Of a DNA stretch of 64,000 bases, positions 18,486 to 26,924 are shown in pieces. Positions within the stretch are counted from its first letter, which is position 1, and every line of letters starts with the position of its first letter. Location of the stretch: NCBI GenBank assembly GCA_963787415.1, contig CAWBCO010000002.1:84962-148961 (forward strand), written 5' to 3'. A program made the translations under genes and the position numbers. The DNA is from an uncultured Solirubrobacterales bacterium. GTDB lineage: Bacteria > Actinomycetota > Thermoleophilia > Solirubrobacterales > 70-9. Below the pieces are notes generated by a model. That model had not been told where the DNA came from. It worked only from the letters and a program-made list of their open reading frames with translations, and did no database searches.

Positions 18486-18631
18486 ACGTTGAACGCGGTC
18501 ACCTTGACGTAGACCTTGTACTTGTCGCGTCGACCATGGACCACGAGCCAGAACTCACAGACATCGCGGCCAGGTACTCCCATCAGGGATGGTTCGCTAT
18601 CGAGGTGACCGAAGAAACTGACGTTGTTCAT
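18320..18631 (-). CDS. divergent SSB-like OB-fold protein (paralogue 3)
   Basis: MNNVSFFGHLDSEPSL ... KVTAFNVLAVRLAEELSEGDSVAISGHLRSERW. It has the same hairpin-RBS leader as the other two ssb genes. Confidence 0.5.
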   Translation of the reverse strand: MNNVSFFGHLDSEPSLMGVPGRDVCEFWLVVHGRRDKYKVYVKVTAFNVLAVRLAEELSEGDSVAISGHLRSERWPGSRRLYIHSVIARDVQLAGSQVAEDSQ

Positions 18632-18646
18632 CGCAATCTCCTTTCC

Positions 18647-18661
18647 AGGCCCGTCGGGCCT
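18647..18661 (-). promoter_or_regulatory. short GC hairpin 5' of the RBS of ssb-like paralogue 3
   Basis: AGGCCC-GTC-GGGCCT next to GGAAAGGAG and the ATG. Confidence 0.35.
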
Positions 18662-18825
18662 GCTGTTCGCTTGCGAGCAACCGCGCCCCGCCAGGGGCCA
18701 AATCGAGCGAGCAGCGAAGAAGCAGGCCCGCGGAATTCAACATTTGGAAGCAGGTCTGCATGCATCCGGGCGACGGCGGAGCCCCTCAAGGGCTCCGCCG
18801 TCATCCCGATTGTCCGCAGTTTCAA

Positions 18826-19161
18826 TCACCGACTCCACATCGCATCAAGCAGCCCGGCCACTTCCTCGCTCTCGGTGCTGTCGAGCACAGTCCCGATCGC
18901 CGCAGGGCTCATTGGGCACTGATCCAGGCATTCGGCCTGCTGGAGGTAGTCCCTGATGAAAGCCTCCAATATCACCGAGTCCTGCCAACCGCGGTCTACG
19001 TAATAGGCGGGGCCCTCGCCGCTCGCCGGTGTGTCGAGGAGCTCGGTGCCACCGCTCGCGCGGCGACCAATCACAACGCGCTCGCCGGCGGAGATTCGGT
19101 AGCGGGCGATTTCTGTGCCCTCGCGCTTGAGGCTGTCGATGTCGAGCTGTACTTCGGTCAT
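18826..19161 (-). CDS. hypothetical protein
   Basis: 111-aa protein-like ORF with no recognisable motif. Confidence 0.35.
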   Translation of the reverse strand: MTEVQLDIDSLKREGTEIARYRISAGERVVIGRRASGGTELLDTPASGEGPAYYVDRGWQDSVILEAFIRDYLQQAECLDQCPMSPAAIGTVLDSTESEEVAGLLDAMWSR

Positions 19162-19536
19162 GTTGAACCTCCCGTCTCGGTTGATCGAACGGGCGAGCGC
19201 ATCGCACCGGACAGCTGAGGGCGGAACCCCGAGCCGCAGGCGAGGGGCCGAAGGAGGCCCTTTTAGGGCCTTGAAGTACTCAGCGCCGGTGCCAGGATGG
19301 GTGAGCCTCGATCCACCGAGGAGGAAGAGCCGCAGAGAAAGCAGTCCGGCTTAAGACCCCAAGCCGAATGCACCTGGAACAGCCGACCCCGCCGCCCTGC
19401 GCCGGCTCGTCTCGACGACCAACTCGGTCGAGCACCTAAACCGCCGGATCCGCAAGAGGATCAAGACACGGGCCCACAACCGGAGGGTTGGCCGATGACC
19501 GCCGTCAAGACCTGCGACGCCCGCTGTCTTTCGAAT

Positions 19537-19851
19537 TCAGCAGACGCTGGCCGCGGCGAGCGCCCGACACAGCTCGTCGATTCGCTTCGGCCCGAGCATC
19601 GTGATCGGTTCGACCTGCAGCGCCTTCGGCACCGTCCGCAGGTTGTCGAGGCTGATAGCGCACTCCCGCGGCACCCCGCCGAGGTTGAGCTGCACCTCGC
19701 TGCGCAGGCCCCAGATGTGTTTGCAAACCGTCGCGATAACGACGTTGTCGAGGACGGGAATAGCCTCGTTGCGCGTGAGGATGCACACCGAGGTGCTCGC
19801 CCTCCCGCTCCATCGCGAGCCAGAGATGCCCCGGCGGACGGGGTTCACCAT
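19537..19851 (-). CDS. MazF/PemK-like toxin
   Basis: VCILTRNEAIPVL ... GVPRECAISLDNLRTVPKALQVEPITMLGPKRIDELCRAL resembles PemK-family C-terminal motifs. The N-terminal strand looks atypical. A 7-nt overlap with the upstream small ORF. Confidence 0.5.
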   Translation of the reverse strand: MVNPVRRGISGSRWSGRASTSVCILTRNEAIPVLDNVVIATVCKHIWGLRSEVQLNLGGVPRECAISLDNLRTVPKALQVEPITMLGPKRIDELCRALAAASVC

Positions 19852-20099
19852 GGTTCTTTGCGGATCAGGTTCCGCGCATTGGCCCTGGCCCAGCGTGCTT
19901 CGCGTTCCCGAACCTGCTCAGGCGGGAGCTTCGATTCGCGCTCGAACCACGCCTCGAGTTTGCTTTGCGCCTCAACGACGCGCAAGACGGCGGTTGCGGT
20001 CGCCTCGGTCCATTCGGGCGCCTCTTTAAGGACTTGCTCCTTCGCAGTCACGCTCTCAAGCGTAGAGCCAGCGGCTGAATGTCTTCCGGTCGCGTTCAT
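19845..20099 (-). CDS. putative MazE-type antitoxin
   Basis: Small ORF coupled to the toxin. It shares VTAKEQVLKE with the second antitoxin (MTAKEKLRE). The start could be the GTG at 20051. Confidence 0.45.
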   Translation of the reverse strand: MNATGRHSAAGSTLESVTAKEQVLKEAPEWTEATATAVLRVVEAQSKLEAWFERESKLPPEQVREREARWARANARNLIRKEPW

Positions 20100-20100
20100 C

Positions 20101-20497
20101 TACTCCCCTGAGATGGACGCCCGTGTCAAGGGGCGGTTGAATTCTTTGATGTGAGTGGGAGTTCGGGTGGTGGTCCTTGCACTGGGGTCGGGCGGCCGGC
20201 GCGATAGCAACGACAACTCGTCACTCTGAGATGCGCGGGTCGGAACCGCAGGACAGTGTCCGGTCGTGAGCTGCCTCGCACTAAGGTCGCGAGTCGGAAT
20301 CGCATAGGGGAAGACGAGGGTCTCCGGTAGGTCGTCGCCGGCCCCCAGCTCGACCTCGGTATCCAGGCCGCGGATCGTGACGGTCGCCGGGCAGACAATC
20401 AGGTCATAGAGGACCTCGATCGCCTCATCGCGGGTCAGAACCAGGACCGGGCGGCGCTTCGCATCCGACGGCTCGTGCCACCAGATCTCACCCCGTC
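20101..20497 (-). pseudogene. MazF/PemK-like toxin remnant
   Basis: The frame reads LRRGEIWWHEPSDAKRRPVLVLTRDEAIEVLYDLIVCPATVTIRG. There is no ATG/GTG/TTG after the upstream in-frame TGA, and the C-terminal half is not protein-like in any single frame. Confidence 0.55.
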
Positions 20498-20713
20498 TCA
20501 GCGGTACTTCTCCCAGGAGAAGCCGATCGCGTCCTCCTCTTCATCGAGGTGCCTGAACACCGACGCCGAGGATGCCCGCGCGAAGGCCGAGAGGTTCCCC
20601 CACGCGTCGATCACGTCACCGGGCTGCACGTCCTCCAGCGCCTCCAACAGCTGCTCAACCTGCTGGTCGGAGAGCGTCTCGACCCGCTCTCGCAGCTTCT
20701 CCTTCGCAGTCAT
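20498..20713 (-). CDS. putative MazE-type antitoxin (intact)
   Basis: MTAKEKLRERVETLSDQQVEQLLEALEDV. Its stop abuts the toxin remnant. Confidence 0.5.
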   Translation of the reverse strand: MTAKEKLRERVETLSDQQVEQLLEALEDVQPGDVIDAWGNLSAFARASSASVFRHLDEEEDAIGFSWEKYR

Positions 20714-21387
20714 GCAGCAAAGGGTAGCGCCCGCCTCGACGACCTTCCTCACCTCAAGCCGCGGCGCTGTCACCGCCGCGAGGTCGAGCGACCGACCGTC
20801 ACGATTCGGGAGGGAGCGAGGCCGAAGCATTCATGGCGAGCAAGCAGTCGAGATCTGATTCCTTCTGCGCCGCGAACGAAGGCGAAGCACGTGTTCGCGG
20901 CGAAAAACAAACCACGGCCAGGAGGCAGGGAGGTCGCATAGCGGCGCTATTGGGCCGACCGAGGAGCCGGCCGCGACCAAGCTGATCTACCTGGCGATCT
21001 GCCGGGCCCAGGCCAAGCGGCAGACGGTCCACAACTGGACCACTGCTGCCGGCCGCTGAAGATCCACTTCGGGGATCGGATCCCCGGGTGAGCACGACGA
21101 TCAGATCTGAAGCAAGCGTCCCGGTCTCAGACACAGTTCTTCGGACAACCTCCAGCAGACAGCCTGACCCGCTTGCCCGCTCGCACCGTCGCCCTCCGCC
21201 ACAGCCACGAAACACAAGCCGCCCAGATCAACCGACCCCTTGTTGCGCCCGTCCTCTCCTACCCCATCACCAACCCTCATACCCAAAAAATTCCTCTCCA
21301 TATCCCCATTCATCCCAACCCACTGACCTCCCGGTACCTGCAAACCCTTTCCAACTCAGCAGCCACCCACTACATCACCACCAACTG

Positions 21388-21455
21388 CCCAAGCAGTGCC
21401 CCTGACCCCGTCATCTCACAATAGTGTGGGGGCGGGGTCAGGGGCACTGCTTGGG
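21388..21455. repeat. perfect 23-bp inverted repeat with a 22-nt spacer
   Basis: cccaagcagtgcccctgaccccg (21388-21410) is the exact reverse complement of cggggtcaggggcactgcttggg (21433-21455). It lies in a 700-nt non-coding gap. Confidence 0.9.
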
Positions 21456-21483
21456 GGGAAACGGCTCTGGAGAGCGGGGTGGG

Positions 21484-21512
21484 TGCGAACGGCTGGTTCA
21501 AACCCCCGTTCG
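21484..21512. repeat. 8-bp stem hairpin adjacent to the 23-bp inverted repeat
   Basis: gcgaacgg-N13-ccgttcgc. Confidence 0.6.
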
Positions 21513-21616
21513 CAGGGTCAATCGCAGCAGTCCCGGGGGTGTCCCCTTTTGGCGCCGGCTTGCGTCTTACTTGAAAAGCAGCCAAGCTATGCGCTCAGAG
21601 TGCATGGCCATACATC

Positions 21617-23257
21617 GTGGGAGGCAGCAAAATGCGCTCAAAGAATTGGCAACGAAATGATGACAGCGGGGCCGGTCGCGGCCGGCGAACGGCTACTCGA
21701 CGACGGTCTCTGAAGGGCCGGTGGTGGTGGCTCGCCGCCGTGGCGATTGCGGTCGTGGGGTCGGCTCTGATCCCGGCGACCGCAAACGCCGGGCCGGCGC
21801 GCTACGTGTTTGAGATGTGCGACTCCTCGCTTCCGGGCGGTGGCGTCACCGGCGTCAGGTACGGGCAAAATCCGGGCCAGCCCTGGGAGGGGGTCGACAA
21901 CTGCGAAGAGCCCGGTGGATCGCTCGCAATCCATCTTCTTGGTTCGATTGGGCCTGGTGGATACGCGACCTGGGCGCTGCCGATCGAACCGCCGCCGGGG
22001 GGGACGATGGAATCGACATCCATTTCGGGCGCGGTTTGCCTAACGCCCGGCACCTATGGCTACATCCTCAACCCGGGTTGGCCACCCTCCCAATACTGCT
22101 TAGAGGAAGATCGTCCATTTCGCCTAGCGCAGAACTTTCGGGCGTTTGACGTCGTGCTCGCCTGCGATGAAGGCTGCCAACCGGGTGCGTGGATCTTTGC
22201 TCATTACTTCGCCACGATCGAGGTTGACCCGGTGCCGCCTACGCTCAAAAGTCCAGAAGGCTCGCTCCTGGCTGGCGGAGTGATCCGTGGTCACGCAACC
22301 CTTGGGACAGAAGCTCACGACGAAGGCGGCGGCGTCAGCAACGTCTCCGTCAATGTCAATGGTCTGCCGGCAGCCCAACCGCAGGTCTCCAACTGCGACG
22401 TCGCCCAGGTCAATAACGCCAGCGTGCAGGGGACTGTTGCGGCCGCGATCACCCCTTGCCCTACCAAAGTGAGCGCGAGCTGGACGCTGAGCACCGAAAC
22501 ATATCCGTTTCACAACGGCTCAAACTCCGTCCAGATCTGCGCTTCTGACTTCGCGACACTCGGGGAACCAAACACGACCTGCTCTGCGGTAAAAACAGTC
22601 GACGTCGATGACTCCTGCAACGAATCCGCTGTCGGCGGCGGGGAAGTGCTGAGCGCGCAGTTCGCGGAATCAAACGCAGAAACCGTCACCGTCCCCTACG
22701 GCAAGGGAGCTGAAGTGACCGGCCAGCTCGCCGACAACGCCGGCGATCCGGTGGCCGGCGCAACCCTCTGCGTGAAGATGCAAACCCAGGGGCTTGAACC
22801 CAGCGCCCTGCCGGTTGGCACCGTCAAGACCGATGCCAACGGAAACTACGCCTACAAGGTGCCGGCGGGACCGGATCGCAACGTGATCATCGGCTACCGT
22901 CACAACGCTTCGCAGGTTGCCCGGCAGGTGCGCTACTACTCCCGCGCCGAACCGACGCTGAAGCTGGCGCCGCAGAAACTGACCGACCATCACCGCGTCC
23001 ACCTCTGGGGGCAGGTGCCGGGACCCAATCCGGTCGGGCGCGTCGTCGTCCTGCAGGCGAATGTGCCGGGGTCGAAACGATGGATCACCTTCCGCCAGAC
23101 AACTACCGGCGCCCAGGGATCGTTCAGCAGCGGCTACAGGTTCTTCGCGACCACGAGGACGACGACCTATCGATTCCGAGCGCTGGTGCCAACCCAAGCG
23201 GGATACCCCTGGGTCGAAGGCGCAAGTCCGGCGGCGAAGGTTCGAGTCAAGGGCTGA
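21617..23257 (+). CDS. secreted protein with C-terminal carboxypeptidase-regulatory-like (Ig-like) domains
   Basis: Signal peptide WWWLAAVAIAVVGSALIPATANA. C-terminal GQLADNAGDPVAGATLCVKMQT ... TDANGNYAYKVPAG is CarboxypepD_reg-like. Confidence 0.55.
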   Translation: MGGSKMRSKNWQRNDDSGAGRGRRTATRRRSLKGRWWWLAAVAIAVVGSALIPATANAGPARYVFEMCDSSLPGGGVTGVRYGQNPGQPWEGVDNCEEPGGSLAIHLLGSIGPGGYATWALPIEPPPGGTMESTSISGAVCLTPGTYGYILNPGWPPSQYCLEEDRPFRLAQNFRAFDVVLACDEGCQPGAWIFAHYFATIEVDPVPPTLKSPEGSLLAGGVIRGHATLGTEAHDEGGGVSNVSVNVNGLPAAQPQVSNCDVAQVNNASVQGTVAAAITPCPTKVSASWTLSTETYPFHNGSNSVQICASDFATLGEPNTTCSAVKTVDVDDSCNESAVGGGEVLSAQFAESNAETVTVPYGKGAEVTGQLADNAGDPVAGATLCVKMQTQGLEPSALPVGTVKTDANGNYAYKVPAGPDRNVIIGYRHNASQVARQVRYYSRAEPTLKLAPQKLTDHHRVHLWGQVPGPNPVGRVVVLQANVPGSKRWITFRQTTTGAQGSFSSGYRFFATTRTTTYRFRALVPTQAGYPWVEGASPAAKVRVKG

Positions 23258-23268
23258 CTACACCGGGG

Positions 23269-23580
23269 CTACGCGGCACTCGTGGACGCGGGTTCCCGGA
23301 TCGTTCGTCGATTGATCCGAGCTCCGGAAGCGGGCTCGAATCGACCGTAGAGAACCTCAGGGTCAAAGTCCACTTCGCCTGGCCACTCAACCGTCCCTGT
23401 CTCCGGATTGACGCGGACCTGCTCAAAGACCTCGCGGCGTTCGCGGATTGGGGCAAACACCGGGCCCTTCGAAAACAGCTCGCTGAAATCAATTTCCTTT
23501 ACTGCACCGTCGGAAAAGGTCGCGCGAATCCACAGACCCTCCAGGGGCTGAACCTCAGTCACGTGGATCATCTCGGTCAT
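23269..23580 (-). CDS. DUF2442 domain protein
   Basis: The Met at 23580 overlaps the DUF4160 stop by 4 nt. IHVTEVQPLEGLWIRATFSDGAVKEIDFSELF is DUF2442-like. Confidence 0.65.
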   Translation of the reverse strand: MTEMIHVTEVQPLEGLWIRATFSDGAVKEIDFSELFSKGPVFAPIRERREVFEQVRVNPETGTVEWPGEVDFDPEVLYGRFEPASGARINRRTIREPASTSAA

Positions 23581-23837
23581 TGCAGTGGCTCGATTTTCTC
23601 CGGTCGGTCGTTGTTGACGGCTCGCTGCCAATTGGCTTCGAGCTCATCGCGGTGGCGCTCGACCCATTCTCGCACGAGTCGGAGAGCACGATTCGAAAGA
23701 GACCCTGCAAGTACCTCTGCGGTTGCGATCTCGATCTTGGCGTGTTCGCCGCCATAGCGTGCGTGGAAGTGTGGCGGTGGATGATCGCCGAAGTACATCT
23801 CGATCACGATCCCGTAGAAGCTGCTTATACGGGGCAT
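23577..23837 (-). CDS. DUF4160 domain protein
   Basis: MPRISSFYGIVIEMYFGDHPPPHFHARYGGEHAKIEI is the characteristic DUF4160 motif. Confidence 0.75.
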   Translation of the reverse strand: MPRISSFYGIVIEMYFGDHPPPHFHARYGGEHAKIEIATAEVLAGSLSNRALRLVREWVERHRDELEANWQRAVNNDRPEKIEPLQ

Positions 23838-23850
23838 CGGGCGAACTGCT

Positions 23851-24515
23851 CTATTTGAGGCAAATCGCCTCGACTTCGGCGGCGGCGGTGCCACCGGAGT
23901 TGCTGGTGATGCGGCCGATAATGCCACCGACATTCGCATTGCTGACTGGAAGGGACTCAATCACCCCGACTTCACGGTTGCCGGGGTTTGTGAAGACAAC
24001 ACCGCCGGTGAGCAAGCGTTCGCCGGGTTCACAGGAAGCGTTCTCGCTGCTCGAGGCAGTCCATGTCGGATTCGAAGGAACTTCCTCAAGGTCGGCGATC
24101 GGGGTGCTGTGGGTGGTCACCGGGCCCAAGGCGCCCCCGTAGACGGAGTTGGGAGCGAGAGCCGAGGCGGTGACGGCGTCGGGGGAGAGGGCTTCGGGGC
24201 CAACTGCTCCCTTGGCTACTGCCTTGGAGATACGGCGGCGCTGCCAGCGATGCGGAACTGACGGCACCGTTGGCGAGAGTTCTCGCATTGACGGCGGCCG
24301 TTGCCAATGCCTTGGAGTGGACGGCGTTCTTGCCCAGAGCCTTGGCGCGCACCGCCCCCGGAGCGATCGCGTTGGCCGTGACCGCGCCCTTGGCGATGTC
24401 GGCCTTGGTGATCTTGGTTCCGGTGCCGGCAAATGCTCCGATGTTGCCAGCGAGGGCGACGATCAGGGCGGGGTGCCAGTGCCCGGTGCGGGTCGCTTCA
24501 GCTTTGGTCTGCTCA
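23851..24515 (-). pseudogene. second secreted decapeptide-repeat protein, at least two frame changes
   Basis: The ATG at 24515 after AAGGAGG opens only an 18-codon frame. Signal plus repeats (ITKADIAKGAV / TANAIAPGAV / RAKALGKNAV ...) sit in frame 2. The C-terminal domain (ISKAVAKGAVGPEAL ... AAEVEAICLK) sits in frame 3, with the switch near 24240. Confidence 0.55.
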
Positions 24516-24630
24516 TCTCTGCCTCCTTGGCGCTTCCGGGGATCGGAAGGATTGAGTCTAGGTTTGAACACCGATGAGACGTTGAAGTGGCGACTTTGGG
24601 GACACCTCTCACCCCCACGCCGCACCACAG

Positions 24631-25439
24631 CTACCCATCGACGTCTTGTATGAGGATGCGGAGGGCGGCACGGCCCTCGCTAATGCAGCGGCTGACCTTT
24701 CGATGACTCCAGGCCTGGCGATCCATGACCTCGGCGTAGGAGTAGCCGAGGCCGAAGAAGCAGTAAGCCGTGCGCTCGTCGGGCTTGAGGCTGGCAAGGC
24801 CGGCGAAGAAAACTCTCACCTCCTCCCCACGCTCGGCGACTTCGACGGGATCGGGTCGCTCGGAGATCTTGTCCGACAGCGCCGCATCGGAGTCATAAAG
24901 CCGTGCCAAGGCTGAGCTCACCGCGGGCCTGGTACCGGTGATCCCGCTTGCCGATCGCCCAGGCTCGGTGCTTAATCGGCGAGCATGAGCCAGGCGATGG
25001 CATGCTCATCGGAATGTCCGTTGTAGTAGCGAAGAAACTGGACGCAACCCTCCTGGAGGGCATCCTCGGCGGCGTCGCGACTTGGAGCGTTCCGTAGGGC
25101 CTGGGCCCGGAGAAGACCTTGCTTGGCGGCCAGCAACCGCTCGAGGATTCGCGCTCGGGAATTGGCTGCGTCTCGGTTTCGTGTCGGCCGGGTCGCCACG
25201 CGGCCGTCGTTGCACGCGGAGCGTGCGATCCTGCGGGCGCTGGCGAAATCGGCCGCAGCTCGGGACCCAGGCGGGAGCCAGACGGTCTTCGTATGGTCTG
25301 CTGCACAGAGGCCCGGGGCATCATCGAAGTGCGCGGGAGGAACTCGAGAACCGGCATATGGGTCTGCTATTCGAACACGGCCTTGAGCCCCGGCCGGCAC
25401 GAGGTAACCATGCGTCGTCGCGGGGCCATGGCCAGCCAT
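24631..25439 (-). pseudogene. sigma-like gene (paralogue of 1-429) split over three frames
   Basis: The region-2 part SRDAAEDALQEGCVQFLRYY ... AIAWLMLAD stops at 24972. KHRAWAIGKRDHRYQ continues in a second frame. The region-4 part GLGYSYAEVMDRQAWSHRKVSRCISEGRAALRIL is in a third frame. Confidence 0.6.
24985..25300. repeat. about 320-bp direct repeat, copy A (partner at 26125-26445)
   Basis: The 5' part of the sigma-like gene is duplicated. Copy A has ttaatcggcg where copy B has ttgacggcg. Confidence 0.6.
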
Positions 25440-25614
25440 AGACTCGTTTAGCCTTGACTCGCAAGCGAGATGTCAAGCAGTTCCGCCAGGCTTGGGAGAT
25501 CGGACTGACCGTCGCGGAACGCCACGCGGCCAGCGAGGCCCTGCACGCGGACAAGGAAGCCTCTGGCAAGGCCGAGCACCTGAGCTATGGAGATCTGCTG
25601 GCTTGGCTGCGACA

Positions 25615-26037
25615 ATGGAGACAACGCTGATGACCACAGCCGCAGCCTTAGACGCTTCGCCCGTCAAGGTTCTGCGCTCGATGCGCGGGTCGATCGTCGA
25701 CGCCCGCCTCGCCTATCCGGGGGTGCTCCATGTGGACGTGCGCGACTCGGCGGGCGAGCTTTGGCGCCTCATCACCCAGGATGCCGAGTGGACTCCCTCC
25801 GATCCAGCGCAGCTAATCGGCCGCTCGGTCGAGAATGCCCAAATCGATGAGGAGAGTGGAACGCTTCACTGCAGGCTCTCAGACGGTTCTCGATTTGATG
25901 TTGTGCCGGCCCAACAAGAGGCCGACGACGATCCGCCGAATTGGGAGCTGATCGCACCAGACGGCCTGGTCTTGGAGTTCGGGCCAGGAATGCGTTGGCG
26001 CATCGGCAGCGCCGACGCGCGCGTGTCTTCGCCGTAA
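25615..26037 (+). CDS. hypothetical protein
   Basis: METTLMTTAAALD ... is protein-like, with no recognised domain. Confidence 0.4.
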   Translation: METTLMTTAAALDASPVKVLRSMRGSIVDARLAYPGVLHVDVRDSAGELWRLITQDAEWTPSDPAQLIGRSVENAQIDEESGTLHCRLSDGSRFDVVPAQQEADDDPPNWELIAPDGLVLEFGPGMRWRIGSADARVSSP

Positions 26038-26040
26038 GCA

Positions 26041-26286
26041 TTAATCATGCCGCTCGGCAAGGCTGGGCTCGCCACATGCCTGGCGACGGTGACCGCGCTT
26101 GCCGATCGCCCAACCTCGGTGCTTGACGGCGAGCATCAACCAGGCGATGGCATGGTCATCGGAATGTCCGTTGTAGTAGCGGAGAAACTGGACGCAACCC
26201 TCCTGGAGGGCATCCTCGGCGGCGTCGCGACTTGGAGCGTTCCGTAGGGCCTGGGCCCGGAGAAGACCTTGCTTGGCGGCCAGCAA
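26041..26286 (-). pseudogene. truncated sigma-like gene fragment (region 2 only)
   Basis: MLAAKQGLLRAQALRNAPSRDAAEDALQEGCVQFLRYYNGHSDDHAIAWLMLAVKHRGWAIGKR, then an abrupt end. No region 4. Confidence 0.6.
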
Positions 26287-26445
26287 CCGCTCGAAGGATT
26301 CGCGCTCGGGAATCGGCTGCGTCTCGGTTTCGTATCGGCCGGGACGTCATGCGGCCGTCGCCGCACGCGTAGCGTGCGATCCTGCGGCCGCTGGCGACTC
26401 GGCCGCAGCAAGGGACTCAGGCGGGAGTCAGACCGCCCTTCGTAT
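26125..26445. repeat. about 320-bp direct repeat, copy B
   Basis: See 24985-25300. Confidence 0.6.
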
Positions 26446-26494
26446 GCCCTCTTCTTCAGGTAGGAGGGCATCCTCAGGAAGGAACAGACCGCAG

Positions 26495-26779
26495 TCAGAC
26501 ACGGGTGAGGAGATCGAAGCGGAGAGCTGCGCGAGTCGGTTGGACGTAGTGGCCGTCGTGGCACAGGAGGCCGGCGTCGACCAGTTCGGTGACCGCGTTG
26601 ACAATCGCCTCTCGCTGGACGGCATCCTCGGGGTTGGCGGAGAGCACGCGGGTGAGCTCGCCCTGGGAGAGTCGGGTCGGGTCAATAGATAGGACGAATG
26701 TGAGCGCATTGCGTTGGAGCCTGGCTTCCTCCCCACTCGGCGGCGGTGGATCGCGGCGCGGGTTACGGTGCCCCTGCAT
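26495..26779 (-). CDS. small winged-helix-like protein
   Basis: Internal Met at 26779. LSQGELTRVLSANPEDAVQREAIVNAVTELVDAGLL is wHTH-like. It is preceded by the shared GGGGCGAA..CCGCCCC motif. Confidence 0.4.
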   Translation of the reverse strand: MQGHRNPRRDPPPPSGEEARLQRNALTFVLSIDPTRLSQGELTRVLSANPEDAVQREAIVNAVTELVDAGLLCHDGHYVQPTRAALRFDLLTRV

Positions 26780-26856
26780 AGGAGCTTGACCTCCTGCATC
26801 GGCCCCGGGTGCGTGTGCGCGCCGCGCAGGGCATTTTCTCGTTCGCTGCCTATAGA

Positions 26857-26881
26857 GCGGCGGGGAGAAAGTTCGCCCCCC
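26857..26881 (-). promoter_or_regulatory. shared upstream GC hairpin motif, occurrence 1 (most divergent)
   Basis: gcggcggggagaaagttcgcccccc, about 80 nt upstream of the start at 26779. Confidence 0.35.
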
Positions 26882-26924
26882 GAAACGCCCCACCCGGAGG
26901 CGATGGACCGAGCCTGTCGCTCTA

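Noticed and set aside
19537-19851. Possible compensating double frameshift in the N-terminus of the first MazF-like gene (the alternative frame reads GHLWLAMEREGEH)
   Set aside because: The evidence is too weak. The annotated frame is continuous and has a start, and the alternative rests on a short motif resemblance only.
19297-20154. 285-aa plus-strand ORF
   Set aside because: It overlaps the MazEF-like pair on the opposite strand. It is Arg/Pro-rich, has no RBS and has no recognisable domain.
21484-21512. GGTTCAAACCC, resembling a tRNA T-loop
   Set aside because: No acceptor, D or anticodon arms can be drawn around it, so it is just a hairpin loop. I found no tRNA gene in the window.
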